From a virus: 64,000 nt of DNA. Position 1 is the stretch's first letter, and each line of letters begins with the position of its first letter. Where the stretch lies: positions 1 to 64,000 of the IMG/VR virus record IMGVR_UViG_3300047509_000177; one strand, 5' to 3'. The translations under genes and the position numbers were made by a program. The notes beneath the pieces were generated by a model that searched no databases, was not told the DNA's origin, and saw nothing but the letters and a program-made list of their open reading frames with translations. Positions 45,489 through 55,921 of the stretch are shown here, in pieces.

Positions 45489-46280
45489 ATGAGCGCTATA
45501 GAAGATCTACAGACATTTCCTATAGATAAGGCAGCAGAACTAATTTCAGAAATCAATGGCAGAAATTCTTATTATGAAGCAAAGCAATTATATGAATATG
45601 CAAAGAGTTCTGAATGCAGCTTTAGTGAACTAGTAGATAGAAGAATCAATCATGAGCCTGTAGCATATATTACTAACCATTGCAAGTTTAGGGGATTAGA
45701 TTTATTTATCGATAACAGAGTTTTAGTCCCTCGTAGTGAGACTGAACCTTTGGTCGAAGTTGCCGTGGAGTCTCTTCCAAAAAATTCAAGTGTTATCGAT
45801 GTGGGAACTGGAAGCGGCGAGGTAGCGCTTGCAGTAAAGAATGAGCGTCCTGATTTAACTGTTCTTGGAACTGATATTAGTAAAGATGCTCTCGATGTTG
45901 CTTCTATCAATTCAACTACTCTTGAGCTTGATGTTGATTGGCATGAAGCCGATTTGCTGGAAGGAATTAAGGGAGAATATAACGCAGTATTAGCCAATTT
46001 GCCTTATTTGCCTACGACTAAGCGCGATTCGTATGAGCCTGAGATGGTGGATTATGAGCCGCAGGTGGCGCTGTGGGGCGGGAAGGATGGCTACGATCTC
46101 ATCCGGCGGCTTCTCGTTGGCGTGGCTAAGCGTTCTGCTGTATCATTTGTAGCCTTAGAGATAGGGCTCACGCAAGAGAAGGATGTGGCGGAGTTTGTAC
46201 GCAAAGCAGGTTTCCCCACAGTCTTTTGTACAACTGATAAGAAATCTCAAATAAGATGCGTAGTCGGTAAAAGATTTTAA
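45489..46280 (+). CDS. prmC: Release factor N5-glutamine methyltransferase (PrmC/HemK family)
   Basis: EPVAYI...VLVPRSETE, DVGTGSG, ANLPY, EPQVALWGG.DG, LEIG. Confidence 0.88.
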   Translation: MSAIEDLQTFPIDKAAELISEINGRNSYYEAKQLYEYAKSSECSFSELVDRRINHEPVAYITNHCKFRGLDLFIDNRVLVPRSETEPLVEVAVESLPKNSSVIDVGTGSGEVALAVKNERPDLTVLGTDISKDALDVASINSTTLELDVDWHEADLLEGIKGEYNAVLANLPYLPTTKRDSYEPEMVDYEPQVALWGGKDGYDLIRRLLVGVAKRSAVSFVALEIGLTQEKDVAEFVRKAGFPTVFCTTDKKSQIRCVVGKRF

Positions 46281-46293
46281 TTAAGGAGATAAG

Positions 46294-47541
46294 GTGGATC
46301 ATGAGCGCGCCGTTCTTTCAAGTGCCTTGCAAACAGGTAATATATCCACTTTATTAGCGAAAGGTATCGAAAGTCGGCATTTCACTTCTACTAAATCTGG
46401 AGAAGAAGTAAAAGATGTTTTTGAGTTTTCCACTCATCATGCACGAAAATATGGTGTCTCGCCTAGTTTGCAGATAGTTAAAAGTAATTTTCCTAATTGG
46501 CGCGGAGAACCTTCGTCAGATCCGTTAGAAGCTTTAGCAGATCAGTTTTTAAATGATGTACGTAGAAGATTTTTTGCAGCGAAGGTATTGGAGTTAGCCC
46601 AAGCAGAAAGCAATCCAGCTAACTGGTCTAAATTAGATGAGATTATGCTTGATGCGGCACGGGATTTGGCGGGAGTAATTCCTTCCGGTCAAGTTTCTCG
46701 TGTAAGAGCAGAAATGCAAGAACGTATCGACCAGTATGAAATTGATAAGGCGGAAGGTAAAATCGCAGGAATAAAATGCGGTATCCCTCTATTTGATGAT
46801 TTGACTGATGGTTTCCAACAGGGAGATATCGTCACTGTGGCGGGGTATTCAGGTCGCGGGAAGTCTTTTACTTCCCAGAGTTTCCTTGCTAATGCTATAG
46901 ACCAAGGTAAAAATGCCTTACTTATGTCTCTTGAGATGAGCACAAAACAGATAATGGATCGTTTTGATACTATGACTATGAACTTTAGCCATAGAGATTT
47001 ACGAAAGCGACAATTGCCAGACAGTGAGATTGAGAACTGGCGACGAGCGGCACAGAAATTTAAAGATGCTAAAAATGATTTAGTTGTGGTTGATAAATTA
47101 GGAAACTGTACTGTAGATAGGGTATATGCTGAGATTAATCGTTATAAACCAGATATCACTTGTGTGGATTATGTGCAATTGATGAAGGGGTCTAAATCAT
47201 CTATGTCGAAGTGGGAGGGGCTTGTAGAGATAACGAATGAATTGAAGTCTGTCGCTCTTGCTACTGACTCAACAATAATTATGGTTAGTCAAGATCAGAG
47301 AAATTCGGCGCAGGAGGGATCAACAGAAAGCAATATGGGAGGATCAATCTCAGTTCTTCAGGCTGCTGATATTTATATTGGAATGATGCAAGATGAAGAA
47401 ATGCGTCAGCAGAAGAAAATTCTGATGAGACTTATTAAGAATCGTAATGGATCTCCTGGCGAGTCGGATGTACTTTGCGACCCTGAATTCGGAAAGTTCC
47501 AACCTTGGGAACGTCAAAGCGAGTTCTTCGATAAAGGATAA
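46294..47541 (+). CDS. DnaB-like replicative helicase
   Basis: AGYSGRGKS, SLEMS, VDYVQLM, VSQ, QAAD, KNRNG. Confidence 0.92.
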   Translation: MDHERAVLSSALQTGNISTLLAKGIESRHFTSTKSGEEVKDVFEFSTHHARKYGVSPSLQIVKSNFPNWRGEPSSDPLEALADQFLNDVRRRFFAAKVLELAQAESNPANWSKLDEIMLDAARDLAGVIPSGQVSRVRAEMQERIDQYEIDKAEGKIAGIKCGIPLFDDLTDGFQQGDIVTVAGYSGRGKSFTSQSFLANAIDQGKNALLMSLEMSTKQIMDRFDTMTMNFSHRDLRKRQLPDSEIENWRRAAQKFKDAKNDLVVVDKLGNCTVDRVYAEINRYKPDITCVDYVQLMKGSKSSMSKWEGLVEITNELKSVALATDSTIIMVSQDQRNSAQEGSTESNMGGSISVLQAADIYIGMMQDEEMRQQKKILMRLIKNRNGSPGESDVLCDPEFGKFQPWERQSEFFDKG

Positions 47542-47625
47542 ATATGAGTTGGGAATTGGTTTTACAGATTATTGTAATTCTATTTACGGTTAGAATATTC
47601 TTTCCGATTACTGGCAGGTCTTAAT

Positions 47626-47838
47626 ATGCAACTTGACGAGCAAATTGAGCTTGCTTTTAAAGCAGGAGTGTCGTGGGCTATGGAGAATGCTTATTGTCGT
47701 GATATGACAGGAGTTAGTTATGCAGATGTGGATTTAGATAGGAATATAGAGGAAGGTATACAGGAATATATAAATGGAAATTCAAAACCCAGCAAGAGTG
47801 CTTCGATTTTGGACCAAAGTCATGGCGGGTCTATCTGA
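47626..47838 (+). CDS. Hypothetical protein
   Basis: 70-aa ORF; AFKAGVSWA motif. Confidence 0.45.
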   Translation: MQLDEQIELAFKAGVSWAMENAYCRDMTGVSYADVDLDRNIEEGIQEYINGNSKPSKSASILDQSHGGSI

Positions 47839-48184
47839 TGAATGTTGGAACTGGATAGGTGCTAAGGATACAGAAGGATACGGAAATCTATATATAGGAA
47901 AGAGCAAATATAGTAAGGCCCATATCTTCTCTTATATATATCATTACGGATCAATTCCTGCTGATATGCAAGTTCATCACAAATGTGTAAATACTAGCTG
48001 CGTTAATCCAAATCATCTACAGTTGTTAACTGGGTCTGAGAATAATGAAAAATCTAATTCTCCTTCTGCTATAAATAAAAGAAAAACGTATTGCAAATAT
48101 TTTCATCCTTTCGATGAGGAGAACACAATCAGAAAAAATGGTAGACGCATATGTATTGCTTGTGAGAAAGAAAGAAAGAGGTAG
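47774..48184 (+). CDS. HNH homing endonuclease
   Basis: RFWTKV...CWNW.G...YG, HHKCVNTSCVNPNHL...EN, C-terminal KTYC..H...CIAC. Confidence 0.9.
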   Translation: MEIQNPARVLRFWTKVMAGLSDECWNWIGAKDTEGYGNLYIGKSKYSKAHIFSYIYHYGSIPADMQVHHKCVNTSCVNPNHLQLLTGSENNEKSNSPSAINKRKTYCKYFHPFDEENTIRKNGRRICIACEKERKR

Positions 48185-48190
48185 GTTAAT

Positions 48191-48634
48191 ATGACAAGAA
48201 TTAATTCTCAAAAAGCTCCATTCCCAGACGAGCTTGATGATCTAGTAAAGAATATGAATTATCGCCCAGGATGGAAATTTGAATTAGAACATATGGATCG
48301 TGGACAAGGTAGCGAGGGTCTGACTTTTAAAATTCTCTCGCTTGGATATGATTCTTATCATCCAGATCGTGGTGAAACATATCGTGTATGGCATTATATG
48401 CTTGTTCCTCCTGCCGCGTTTGATCGCCGTGCTTGGCAGCGATGGATATTGGAGCAACTTCTATTGGTAGAGCAGCATGAGGCATGCGAGTTTTTTCAAA
48501 TTGGTGATAAACGTCCCTTCGCGCCAAATCATGGGCCAGGAAGAGATCCATATACAGTTCTTGAGTTAGGCACAGTCGATGATGCTGAGACTAGATTCAC
48601 TGGTGAGCATAAAGCTGGTACTCAAAGTTCATAA
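48191..48634 (+). CDS. Conserved phage hypothetical protein
   Basis: YRPGWKF, EQHEACEFF...RPFAPNH. Confidence 0.6.
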   Translation: MTRINSQKAPFPDELDDLVKNMNYRPGWKFELEHMDRGQGSEGLTFKILSLGYDSYHPDRGETYRVWHYMLVPPAAFDRRAWQRWILEQLLLVEQHEACEFFQIGDKRPFAPNHGPGRDPYTVLELGTVDDAETRFTGEHKAGTQSS

Positions 48635-48636
48635 AA

Positions 48637-49749
48637 ATGCTTGAGGATCTTTCTTATATTAAGTGTAGAGACTTATTAGAGTCTACGGGCATCAAAAATA
48701 TCTCTGAAAGTTCTGGCGAGATTTCCTTCTCGTGCCCTAGCTCGGATCACTTTCATGGGGATACTTCTCCTTCTGCGCGAATGAATGCTCGTACTTCAGC
48801 GTTCCTATGCCATTCTTGCGGGGTTAGAGGTAATGGAATTACTTTTCTTTCTTGGCATAAATCAATTCCAGAGACTGTAGCTAGGCGTTTGATAGAAGAA
48901 AGATATGGCGGAGGCAGAATCTCGGCCGGAGTAGGAAGCTTAGAACAGGAAGTGAAAAGAATTATGAATCCAGAGATTATAGAAGAGGAGAAGAGAATTC
49001 CTCCCGTTGAGTCTTGGCTCGAAGCGTTTTATCTCGACTGGGAAAATAAGAATTGGTGCCAGGGCTGTTCACCTGACCCTGAGAATAAAAACGAGCATGC
49101 TTGTAGTGGTTGTGCTCAACCTCCTCCTTATAAGCAATATATGTATGATAGAGGTTTTAATCCTAGTATTTTAAATATGTGGGAAATAGGATATGACCAA
49201 ATTTCAGATCGTATTACTATTCCTATTAGGGACCATGAAGGAAGGCTTGTAGGGTTTAAGGGACGCGCTTGGCGAGAGAATACGGTTCCTAAGTACATGA
49301 TACTTGGAGATTATGGGAATCAGAAAAGATATGGATTTCAACCATATAAGAAGTCTCATTATGTGTTTGGTTTAGATAGATTCATTAAAGAGTATAGCTG
49401 GCGAGAAGATAATGTAAGTGCAGTCATAGTTGAGGGAGAGCTAAATGCTATAGCTATGGATCAACATGGGTACGGTTATCATGCTATCGCTATTGCTGGT
49501 AGCGAGTTTTCTGATAAACAAAGAGACTTGATTGTAAGAAATTGTAGCTCAGCTGTTATATTCTTGGATAAAGGCAGAGCGGGGGAAAATGGAACTAAAA
49601 AAGTTGTAGATATGCTGGCATCTTATATGGGATTAAGAGTTATTTTAAATCCTCCAGGAGATGCAGCAGATTTAGATGCTTCAACAGTAAAAGATCTTAT
49701 TGACAATGCGCAACCTTATTTGTCTTTGCAGGTTGAAGGCAGACTATGA
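48637..49749 (+). CDS. DnaG-like DNA primase
   Basis: CP..H...CHSC zinc-binding domain, RITIPIRD..G.LVGFKGR, PKY, Toprim IVEGELNA and FLDKG. Confidence 0.9.
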   Translation: MLEDLSYIKCRDLLESTGIKNISESSGEISFSCPSSDHFHGDTSPSARMNARTSAFLCHSCGVRGNGITFLSWHKSIPETVARRLIEERYGGGRISAGVGSLEQEVKRIMNPEIIEEEKRIPPVESWLEAFYLDWENKNWCQGCSPDPENKNEHACSGCAQPPPYKQYMYDRGFNPSILNMWEIGYDQISDRITIPIRDHEGRLVGFKGRAWRENTVPKYMILGDYGNQKRYGFQPYKKSHYVFGLDRFIKEYSWREDNVSAVIVEGELNAIAMDQHGYGYHAIAIAGSEFSDKQRDLIVRNCSSAVIFLDKGRAGENGTKKVVDMLASYMGLRVILNPPGDAADLDASTVKDLIDNAQPYLSLQVEGRL

Positions 49750-50024
49750 ACTTCAGATGTGGATATTGCGGATCTCCTGGTGAGAATGGCAGATGCAAGG
49801 TGTGTGGGTCTGCTATGGAGAAGGAGTATAAATCTTTAGAAGGTGCTAAATATCCAAGTTTAATAAGGAGATGGTTAAAAAGTAGAGATAGAGGATGGGA
49901 ACTAGTTGATTCTATGAGGAGTGAGCTTAAGCTCAGACAATATGAGGATTATAAAGAAGGTAGAAATTGGAAAAGATTTGATGGAGTAATATTTGAGTAT
50001 GAGGAAGATTGTGATAAGATGTAG
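49746..50024 (+). CDS. Zinc-ribbon protein
   Basis: CGYC...CKVC. Confidence 0.55.
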   Translation: MNFRCGYCGSPGENGRCKVCGSAMEKEYKSLEGAKYPSLIRRWLKSRDRGWELVDSMRSELKLRQYEDYKEGRNWKRFDGVIFEYEEDCDKM

Positions 50025-50113
50025 GGGTTGATTCGCGCGGCAACTAGGCTAGAGCACTCGGATCGCGCACAGAATCGGCACGTAAATTAAAACGAATTAG
50101 AAAGTAGGGCATA

Positions 50114-50920
50114 ATGGCCCCATCGGGTTTAGACGCATTTCAGCGTCATTCAGATGTCATATCAGCACGACGTAGCGGAGGGGAATTTCAGCGGATCGAT
50201 TATTTCCGTCTCAATGACGGGGAATCGGCGCGGGTTAGGTTCCTAGAGCAAGGAGAGAATCTTACTTGGGCTACTTCTCATCGTATTAAAACTCCTGGCC
50301 TGACTTTCCCCCAGGATGTTCTTTGTTTAGATCAGGAAGATGACGGTACTCCTTGTCCAGCATGCATGTCAGATAATAGAGAAGTAAAGTCTCGTTCTAC
50401 TAAGGGTTATCTAAATATTATTTGGAGAGGTACCGAGGAGTCTGATCTTTCTCGTGCTCCTATTTATAAAAGAAATGATAAAGGATCTCCTGAGAAATCC
50501 CCCAATGGGCAGAAGATAGTTACTGGTTTTGAAGATTCTACTTGGCTTTGGAAGTGTTCTAAGACTGTATTTGAACAGATCTTAGCTAAGGACAAAGCTT
50601 ATAAAGGTCTCATGTCGCGCGATTTCCTCGTGAGCAGAAAAGGCGCGGGGTTGGAGAATACTACTTATTTCATTGAGCCAGCAATAGTGGACGGTGGGCC
50701 GGAACCCCTTACTGTTGCGGATCAGAATCTCGCGCAGGGAAAGTTAGATGTAGTATCAGTTACTACTCCAGGATCATTCTCCGAGATGCAAGCTCTAATT
50801 GCTGGTCTCCCTGTTCCCGGAAAAGAAGGACCACAACCGACTTTCTCCCGTGGTGGAGAGCCGAATGCTGAAGATGTTTTCTCTGGAACTCCCATGCGCT
50901 CGTCTGCTTTCCAGAAATAA
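50114..50920 (+). CDS. Single-stranded DNA-binding protein (gp32-like)
   Basis: FRLNDGESARVRFL, H...C...CPAC zinc site, RDFLVSRKG.GL..TY; located in the replication cluster. Confidence 0.75.
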   Translation: MAPSGLDAFQRHSDVISARRSGGEFQRIDYFRLNDGESARVRFLEQGENLTWATSHRIKTPGLTFPQDVLCLDQEDDGTPCPACMSDNREVKSRSTKGYLNIIWRGTEESDLSRAPIYKRNDKGSPEKSPNGQKIVTGFEDSTWLWKCSKTVFEQILAKDKAYKGLMSRDFLVSRKGAGLENTTYFIEPAIVDGGPEPLTVADQNLAQGKLDVVSVTTPGSFSEMQALIAGLPVPGKEGPQPTFSRGGEPNAEDVFSGTPMRSSAFQK

Positions 50921-50921
50921 A

Positions 50922-51155
50922 ATGTACGAGTACAGAATACGTTGGAAAAGAAAAGGTTTAAAAAGTAGATTAAAGATATATCAAAATATAGGCAATGCAG
51001 AAAAATTTATAGAGACTTTGAAAGGAAATTATTATAGAGATGATCCAAATTATGACGGCGAGAATGGAATTGATTATTATGAGAAAGTTCCTGAGCTAGA
51101 AAATGATCCTGTTATAGAAAAAAGATCAGTAGGTACATGGTCTAGATATAGATGA
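50922..51155 (+). CDS. Hypothetical protein
   Basis: MYEYRIRW...EKRSVGTW; coupled to dnaE. Confidence 0.5.
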   Translation: MYEYRIRWKRKGLKSRLKIYQNIGNAEKFIETLKGNYYRDDPNYDGENGIDYYEKVPELENDPVIEKRSVGTWSRYR

Positions 51156-54100
51156 TACATTTACATCATCATGACAGCGATTCTATTTTAGATGGTTTAG
51201 GAACTCCACTTCAATGTGCAGAAATTGCTGCCGAATTAGGTCAGACATCTTTAGCTCAATCAAATCATGCAACTTTAAGCGGGTCACTGAAGCATATAAA
51301 GGCTTGTAATAAAGTAGGAATACAACCCATATGTTCCGTGGAGGGATATTTTCGCCCAAATCGCCTCGTAAGAGATAAAGATTGGAGATTCCGTAAGTGG
51401 CATTATCTTCTTCATGCTAAAAACCTCAAGGGCTGGCATAACTTAATTAAGATCACCAGTGCCGCTTTTGCAGATGGAATGTATCAATTCCCATGCTTTG
51501 ACTGGGAGTTATTAGAAAAGCACCACGAGGGCCTAATCGCCAGCACGGCTTGCATATTAGGCCCGCTACCATTTCTAATTGAGAATGGTTCTGAAAAAGA
51601 AGTAGATGATTTTGTTGTAAGAACTAAGAAGATATTTGGTGAGGATTTCTATATAGCGATCATGCCTCACGATTTTGACCGTCAGAGAGCAGTAAATTTA
51701 GAGCTAATATCGATAGCAAATAAACACGGAGTTCCAATTGTATATGAGGGTGACTCACATTACCCTAAAAAAGGTTGGGTAGATACTCAAAAGATAGCCA
51801 TTCTCATTGGAACTAATTCTACAGTCGCAGATGCAGATGCGCAGAATAAAGAGAGACTAGAAAATAATGAAGAGATTTATGAGCTTTGGCACGATGGTCT
51901 TCATATTATGGGAGAGGGCGAGGTAAGAGAAACCTTTGCGCGAAATCATCCCGACATTCCTAGCAATATAATTGACGAATCTATCTCGAATACTGATTAC
52001 ATTGGATCAAAAATTGAACCCTTTCTCATGAATAGGTCAGTCAAGATGCCACGGGCAGGAAAATCGCCGAGAGAAGCTGAGGATAAAGTAATTCAATGGT
52101 GCTGGGCAGGAATGGAGGATAAAGGATTAAGAGGAAATAAAGTATATGAGGATAGGTTGAAGTATGAGCTAGAAGTAATTAGAACAAGAGGCAATTTCGA
52201 TTATTTCTTCATTACGATTGATTGGGTAAAGTGGGCTCGTAGCGCTGATCCTCTCCCTGGCGATTCTGCGCCGAAGAAACCTATGCGTATTGGATCAGGG
52301 CGTGGATCAGTAGCTGGGTCTCTTGTTTCATATCTTTGTGGTATTACTACGCTAGATCCTATCGCTTATAAGCTGAAGTTTGAGAGATTTCTGAACCCTG
52401 AAAGAAAGGGGCTGCCAGATATAGATGTAGATTTTCCTAGTAAAAGAAGAAACGAAGCAAAGGAATATCTTGCTAGGAAATATGGGGAGAAAAATATTGC
52501 CGATGTAATAGCTCAGCAGCATTTCCAGCCGAGAGCTGCTCTGAAGAATGTTACTAAGGTAATAAATGGTTTTGATAGCGAAGCATACAATGAAATTGCT
52601 GATATATGCCATGAAAAATCAGGTCTGATAGATCCTGTTCATGATACTAATTTGGAAGTTATGAGAGGAAGAATTGCTGAGCTAGACCAATGGGCTGGAA
52701 AATGGCCCGAGGAGTGGAAACAAGCTGTCAGATTAGAGAACGGTGGAGACCCATTCTGCCTGCGTATCAGTAAGCACGCGGCGGGAGTGGTTATTACCCC
52801 CGGAGAAATAACAGATTTTATGCCTACGCTTCGTTCCGATGAGAAGGAGGTAGGAGCTAGAACAGCTTGGTCAGAGACTCCAAAGATCTCTATCGTTGAG
52901 GATTTCGGATTTGTGAAGTGGGACGCGCTTGGCCTTACTGGCATGGATCAGCAGCAGATGATAGTAGATCAGATTTATGATAGAAGCGAAGAATATATTG
53001 ATTTAGATAATCTACCTATATTAATTGATCCTATGAAAGTAGATTCTAAAGTTATGCAAGCTTTTCAAGATAAAAGGACACTAGGAACAAACCAGTTCCC
53101 AGGAAATGGTGTGACTTCTTTTATGGCTAGGGCTAAACCTGAAAATGTTATTGATCTTGCTGCTGTTAATGCCTTGTATCGTCCTGGTCCTATGGGGAAA
53201 CAAGGACATTTTCATTATGCAGATAGAAAGAATGGTAGAAAAGAATATAATATACCTGATATTTTAAAACCATATCTTTCTGATACTTATGGATCTTTAT
53301 GTTTTCAAGAGTCTGTAACCGATCTTTTTGAGATTTTGGCAGATTATACTCCTGGTCAATCAGATGGTATTAGAAAGATCATCGCTAAGTTATATCGCGA
53401 GAAGGGGCCGGTAGCTGAGGAAGAGCTTGATAAACATAAAGAAAAATTTATTCAGAAAGCTTCTGAAAAGATAGGGCTAGAAGAATCTGAAAGATATTGG
53501 GAGGAAATACTTCCTTACACTGATTATTCATTCAACAAGGCACATTCTTCTGGGTATGCAGTTCAAGCTTATCAAGATCAATGGTTGAAGGTGAATTATC
53601 CTCTTGATTTCTATTCAGTTATTATGACTTTAGACCCGAAGATTTCTTTACAAGCTATAAAGGAGGCTAGATATTTTAACATAAAAGTTCTTCCTCCTGA
53701 TGTAAATATTTCTAATTCAGATTATACTCCTGACTTTGAAAATAATGCTTTACGTTATGGTCTTTGTGGCATTAAAGGAATTGCGCAAACGTCAGCGGAT
53801 CAAGTAATGAAACTCCGGCCATATTTCTCCCTGGAAGACTTCAATAAAAAGCATGAATTTAAATACTCTAAAGTTAATAAAGGCCACCGAGACAAGCTAC
53901 TTAGAGTTGGTGCTTTGGATTCATTGGGTGGCAGAAAAGACTGGTCGGACAGTGAAAAATCGGCGGAGGAGATTGAGTTGTTAGGCATAAGTCTCTCTGA
54001 TGGAGGAACATTTGGTGATGATGAGAAGTATATAAGAGAAAAAGTTCATTCTGAAGAAGAATATAATAATCTTAATGTGGGTGATAAGGTAGTTGCGGCA

Positions 54101-54445
54101 GGACAACTTGTAGAGATAAAGAAAATAAAAACTAAGAAAGGAAAGAATCCCGGACAAGATATGGCATTTGCGAAAATATCTTTTGGTTTAGATTCTTTTT
54201 CTTGTACTGTATTCCCAAATGTATTTTCTTCTTATAAGGATTTGTTATCTAGCGGCAACAAGGTTGTTATAAGCGGCAATAAGGACGAAAGAGGAATCAT
54301 TGTAAATGATATAATTGCAGTTGATGATTTTGATCATTGGACAATTTGTCCTCACGATAGATTTAAAGCTTCTCAGTCTGTAAAAGAAATGCAGGATAGA
54401 GGAGAACTTCGACAGGATTCTGGCCCAGAGGGAGACCCGCATTGA
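51152..54445 (+). CDS. dnaE: DNA polymerase III alpha subunit
   Basis: PHP domain HLHHH...LDG, GSGRGSVAGSL, FERFLNPER..LPDIDVDF, HAAGV, YRPGP, FNKAHS, C-terminal OB fold. Confidence 0.95.
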   Translation: MIHLHHHDSDSILDGLGTPLQCAEIAAELGQTSLAQSNHATLSGSLKHIKACNKVGIQPICSVEGYFRPNRLVRDKDWRFRKWHYLLHAKNLKGWHNLIKITSAAFADGMYQFPCFDWELLEKHHEGLIASTACILGPLPFLIENGSEKEVDDFVVRTKKIFGEDFYIAIMPHDFDRQRAVNLELISIANKHGVPIVYEGDSHYPKKGWVDTQKIAILIGTNSTVADADAQNKERLENNEEIYELWHDGLHIMGEGEVRETFARNHPDIPSNIIDESISNTDYIGSKIEPFLMNRSVKMPRAGKSPREAEDKVIQWCWAGMEDKGLRGNKVYEDRLKYELEVIRTRGNFDYFFITIDWVKWARSADPLPGDSAPKKPMRIGSGRGSVAGSLVSYLCGITTLDPIAYKLKFERFLNPERKGLPDIDVDFPSKRRNEAKEYLARKYGEKNIADVIAQQHFQPRAALKNVTKVINGFDSEAYNEIADICHEKSGLIDPVHDTNLEVMRGRIAELDQWAGKWPEEWKQAVRLENGGDPFCLRISKHAAGVVITPGEITDFMPTLRSDEKEVGARTAWSETPKISIVEDFGFVKWDALGLTGMDQQQMIVDQIYDRSEEYIDLDNLPILIDPMKVDSKVMQAFQDKRTLGTNQFPGNGVTSFMARAKPENVIDLAAVNALYRPGPMGKQGHFHYADRKNGRKEYNIPDILKPYLSDTYGSLCFQESVTDLFEILADYTPGQSDGIRKIIAKLYREKGPVAEEELDKHKEKFIQKASEKIGLEESERYWEEILPYTDYSFNKAHSSGYAVQAYQDQWLKVNYPLDFYSVIMTLDPKISLQAIKEARYFNIKVLPPDVNISNSDYTPDFENNALRYGLCGIKGIAQTSADQVMKLRPYFSLEDFNKKHEFKYSKVNKGHRDKLLRVGALDSLGGRKDWSDSEKSAEEIELLGISLSDGGTFGDDEKYIREKVHSEEEYNNLNVGDKVVAAGQLVEIKKIKTKKGKNPGQDMAFAKISFGLDSFSCTVFPNVFSSYKDLLSSGNKVVISGNKDERGIIVNDIIAVDDFDHWTICPHDRFKASQSVKEMQDRGELRQDSGPEGDPH

Positions 54446-54669
54446 GTGAGTATTTAAATTTTGAAGAGGATGACCATTATGATGGGAAGACTAAAAGAAT
54501 TATAGTAGTTAGTAAGAGACATCTAAACATCTTAGGTGCGATAAAGTGGTATGGAGCTTGGAGACAATATACATTCTATCCAGAATCTGACACTATATGG
54601 AATAAACAATGTTTGAATGATATTCTAGACTATATAAATAATTTAATGCAGGAAAGAAAGAAATCTTAA
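54442..54669 (+). CDS. Hypothetical phage protein
   Basis: LG.IKWYGAWRQY.FYP...CL.DI. Confidence 0.55.
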   Translation: MSEYLNFEEDDHYDGKTKRIIVVSKRHLNILGAIKWYGAWRQYTFYPESDTIWNKQCLNDILDYINNLMQERKKS

Positions 54670-55754
54670 TGTCTCCAGTTATGACCGAGAATCTTGAGCG
54701 CGACATTGAGATAATAAGGAAAAAGCGTGGTCCAAAGGCTATATACACAACGTATGAAGAACCTCCTATATATCGTATCCCATTTGATTCTCCTGGACTA
54801 AATAGAATTACTTCGGGAGGGATACCCTTGGGTCGGATTACTCGTTTTTGGGGAGGTCCGATGAGTTCCAAGAGTCTTTTGGCATGGCAAATTGTTCGTA
54901 AAGCTAGAGAGATGGACCTTGCTGCTACTTGGTGGGATATTGAGCGGCAAGTATCAAAAGAATTTGCGGAGAAAATGGGATGTAAAGGAATTCATATAGA
55001 GACAGCTAGGATTATTGAGGATATAACTAGAGAGTTACAGCTGTTACTAGGATCGGTGCATCTCCATGTTCTGGACTCATGCTCGGAGGCTATACCCCAG
55101 GATAGATGCAATAAGGACCCTGCTGATTGGCATATAGGGTTAGACATTCGTGTATGGAATAAGTGTTGGGAATATATAATGAGTGCTATGGATAAGAATG
55201 AAAATTCTATTATTGCGATAGACCACGCAAAGAGTACTTTTTCTCCAAGCTCGCCAGGCGGGCGTATATCAGAAAAACCCTTGGGAGGGAAGGAGATTGA
55301 GCATCATTCATCGCTTTCCCTACATATGAAAAATACTAAGTGGTTATATTATGATGAAGAAGGGATGCTTCAGACTGAGGATAAGTTAAAAGATAAAGGA
55401 ATAATTGGTTTTGCTGGGAAGCCTGAGCCTGATGGAATGGAAGTAGTAGTTAGAACTTCTAAGAGTAGGGTTTGCACACCTTTTAAAATTGCTAATCTTA
55501 GGCTTGATTTTAAAGATCTAGAATTCGATCATACTTTTGAGCTTATGCAAGGTGCAGAATATTTTGATAAAATGGGTGGATTAGCACATAGGTCTGGGCA
55601 ACCTGCAATTGCTCATCGGGCAGCAAAGCAGGGCGGATGGGTTTCCCTTCCATCCGGCGAGAAAATTCAGGGAGAAAGAGCATTAAGACAGAGAATAGAG
55701 CAGGATATAGACCTTCAGCGCCTTATCCGCCGTGCAATGCTTCAAGGTAATTAA
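54669..55754 (+). CDS. RecA/UvsX-like recombinase
   Basis: GGIPLGRIT, variant Walker A GGPMSSKS, DIER, VLDS, PLGG, KSRV. Confidence 0.85.
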   Translation: MSPVMTENLERDIEIIRKKRGPKAIYTTYEEPPIYRIPFDSPGLNRITSGGIPLGRITRFWGGPMSSKSLLAWQIVRKAREMDLAATWWDIERQVSKEFAEKMGCKGIHIETARIIEDITRELQLLLGSVHLHVLDSCSEAIPQDRCNKDPADWHIGLDIRVWNKCWEYIMSAMDKNENSIIAIDHAKSTFSPSSPGGRISEKPLGGKEIEHHSSLSLHMKNTKWLYYDEEGMLQTEDKLKDKGIIGFAGKPEPDGMEVVVRTSKSRVCTPFKIANLRLDFKDLEFDHTFELMQGAEYFDKMGGLAHRSGQPAIAHRAAKQGGWVSLPSGEKIQGERALRQRIEQDIDLQRLIRRAMLQGN

Positions 55755-55921
55755 ATGGGATATGATTCTATAAAATTATTTGAGATCTACGTTCAGGTTT
55801 CTAGACATAATAGCGATAGAGATAAAGAAGACGATATGCTGGTTAGGAATTTAGAAATAGAAATAAAAAAAATACTTGAAAGCAAGAAATATGAACAAAT
55901 AATGGTTAGTTGGTGATATAA

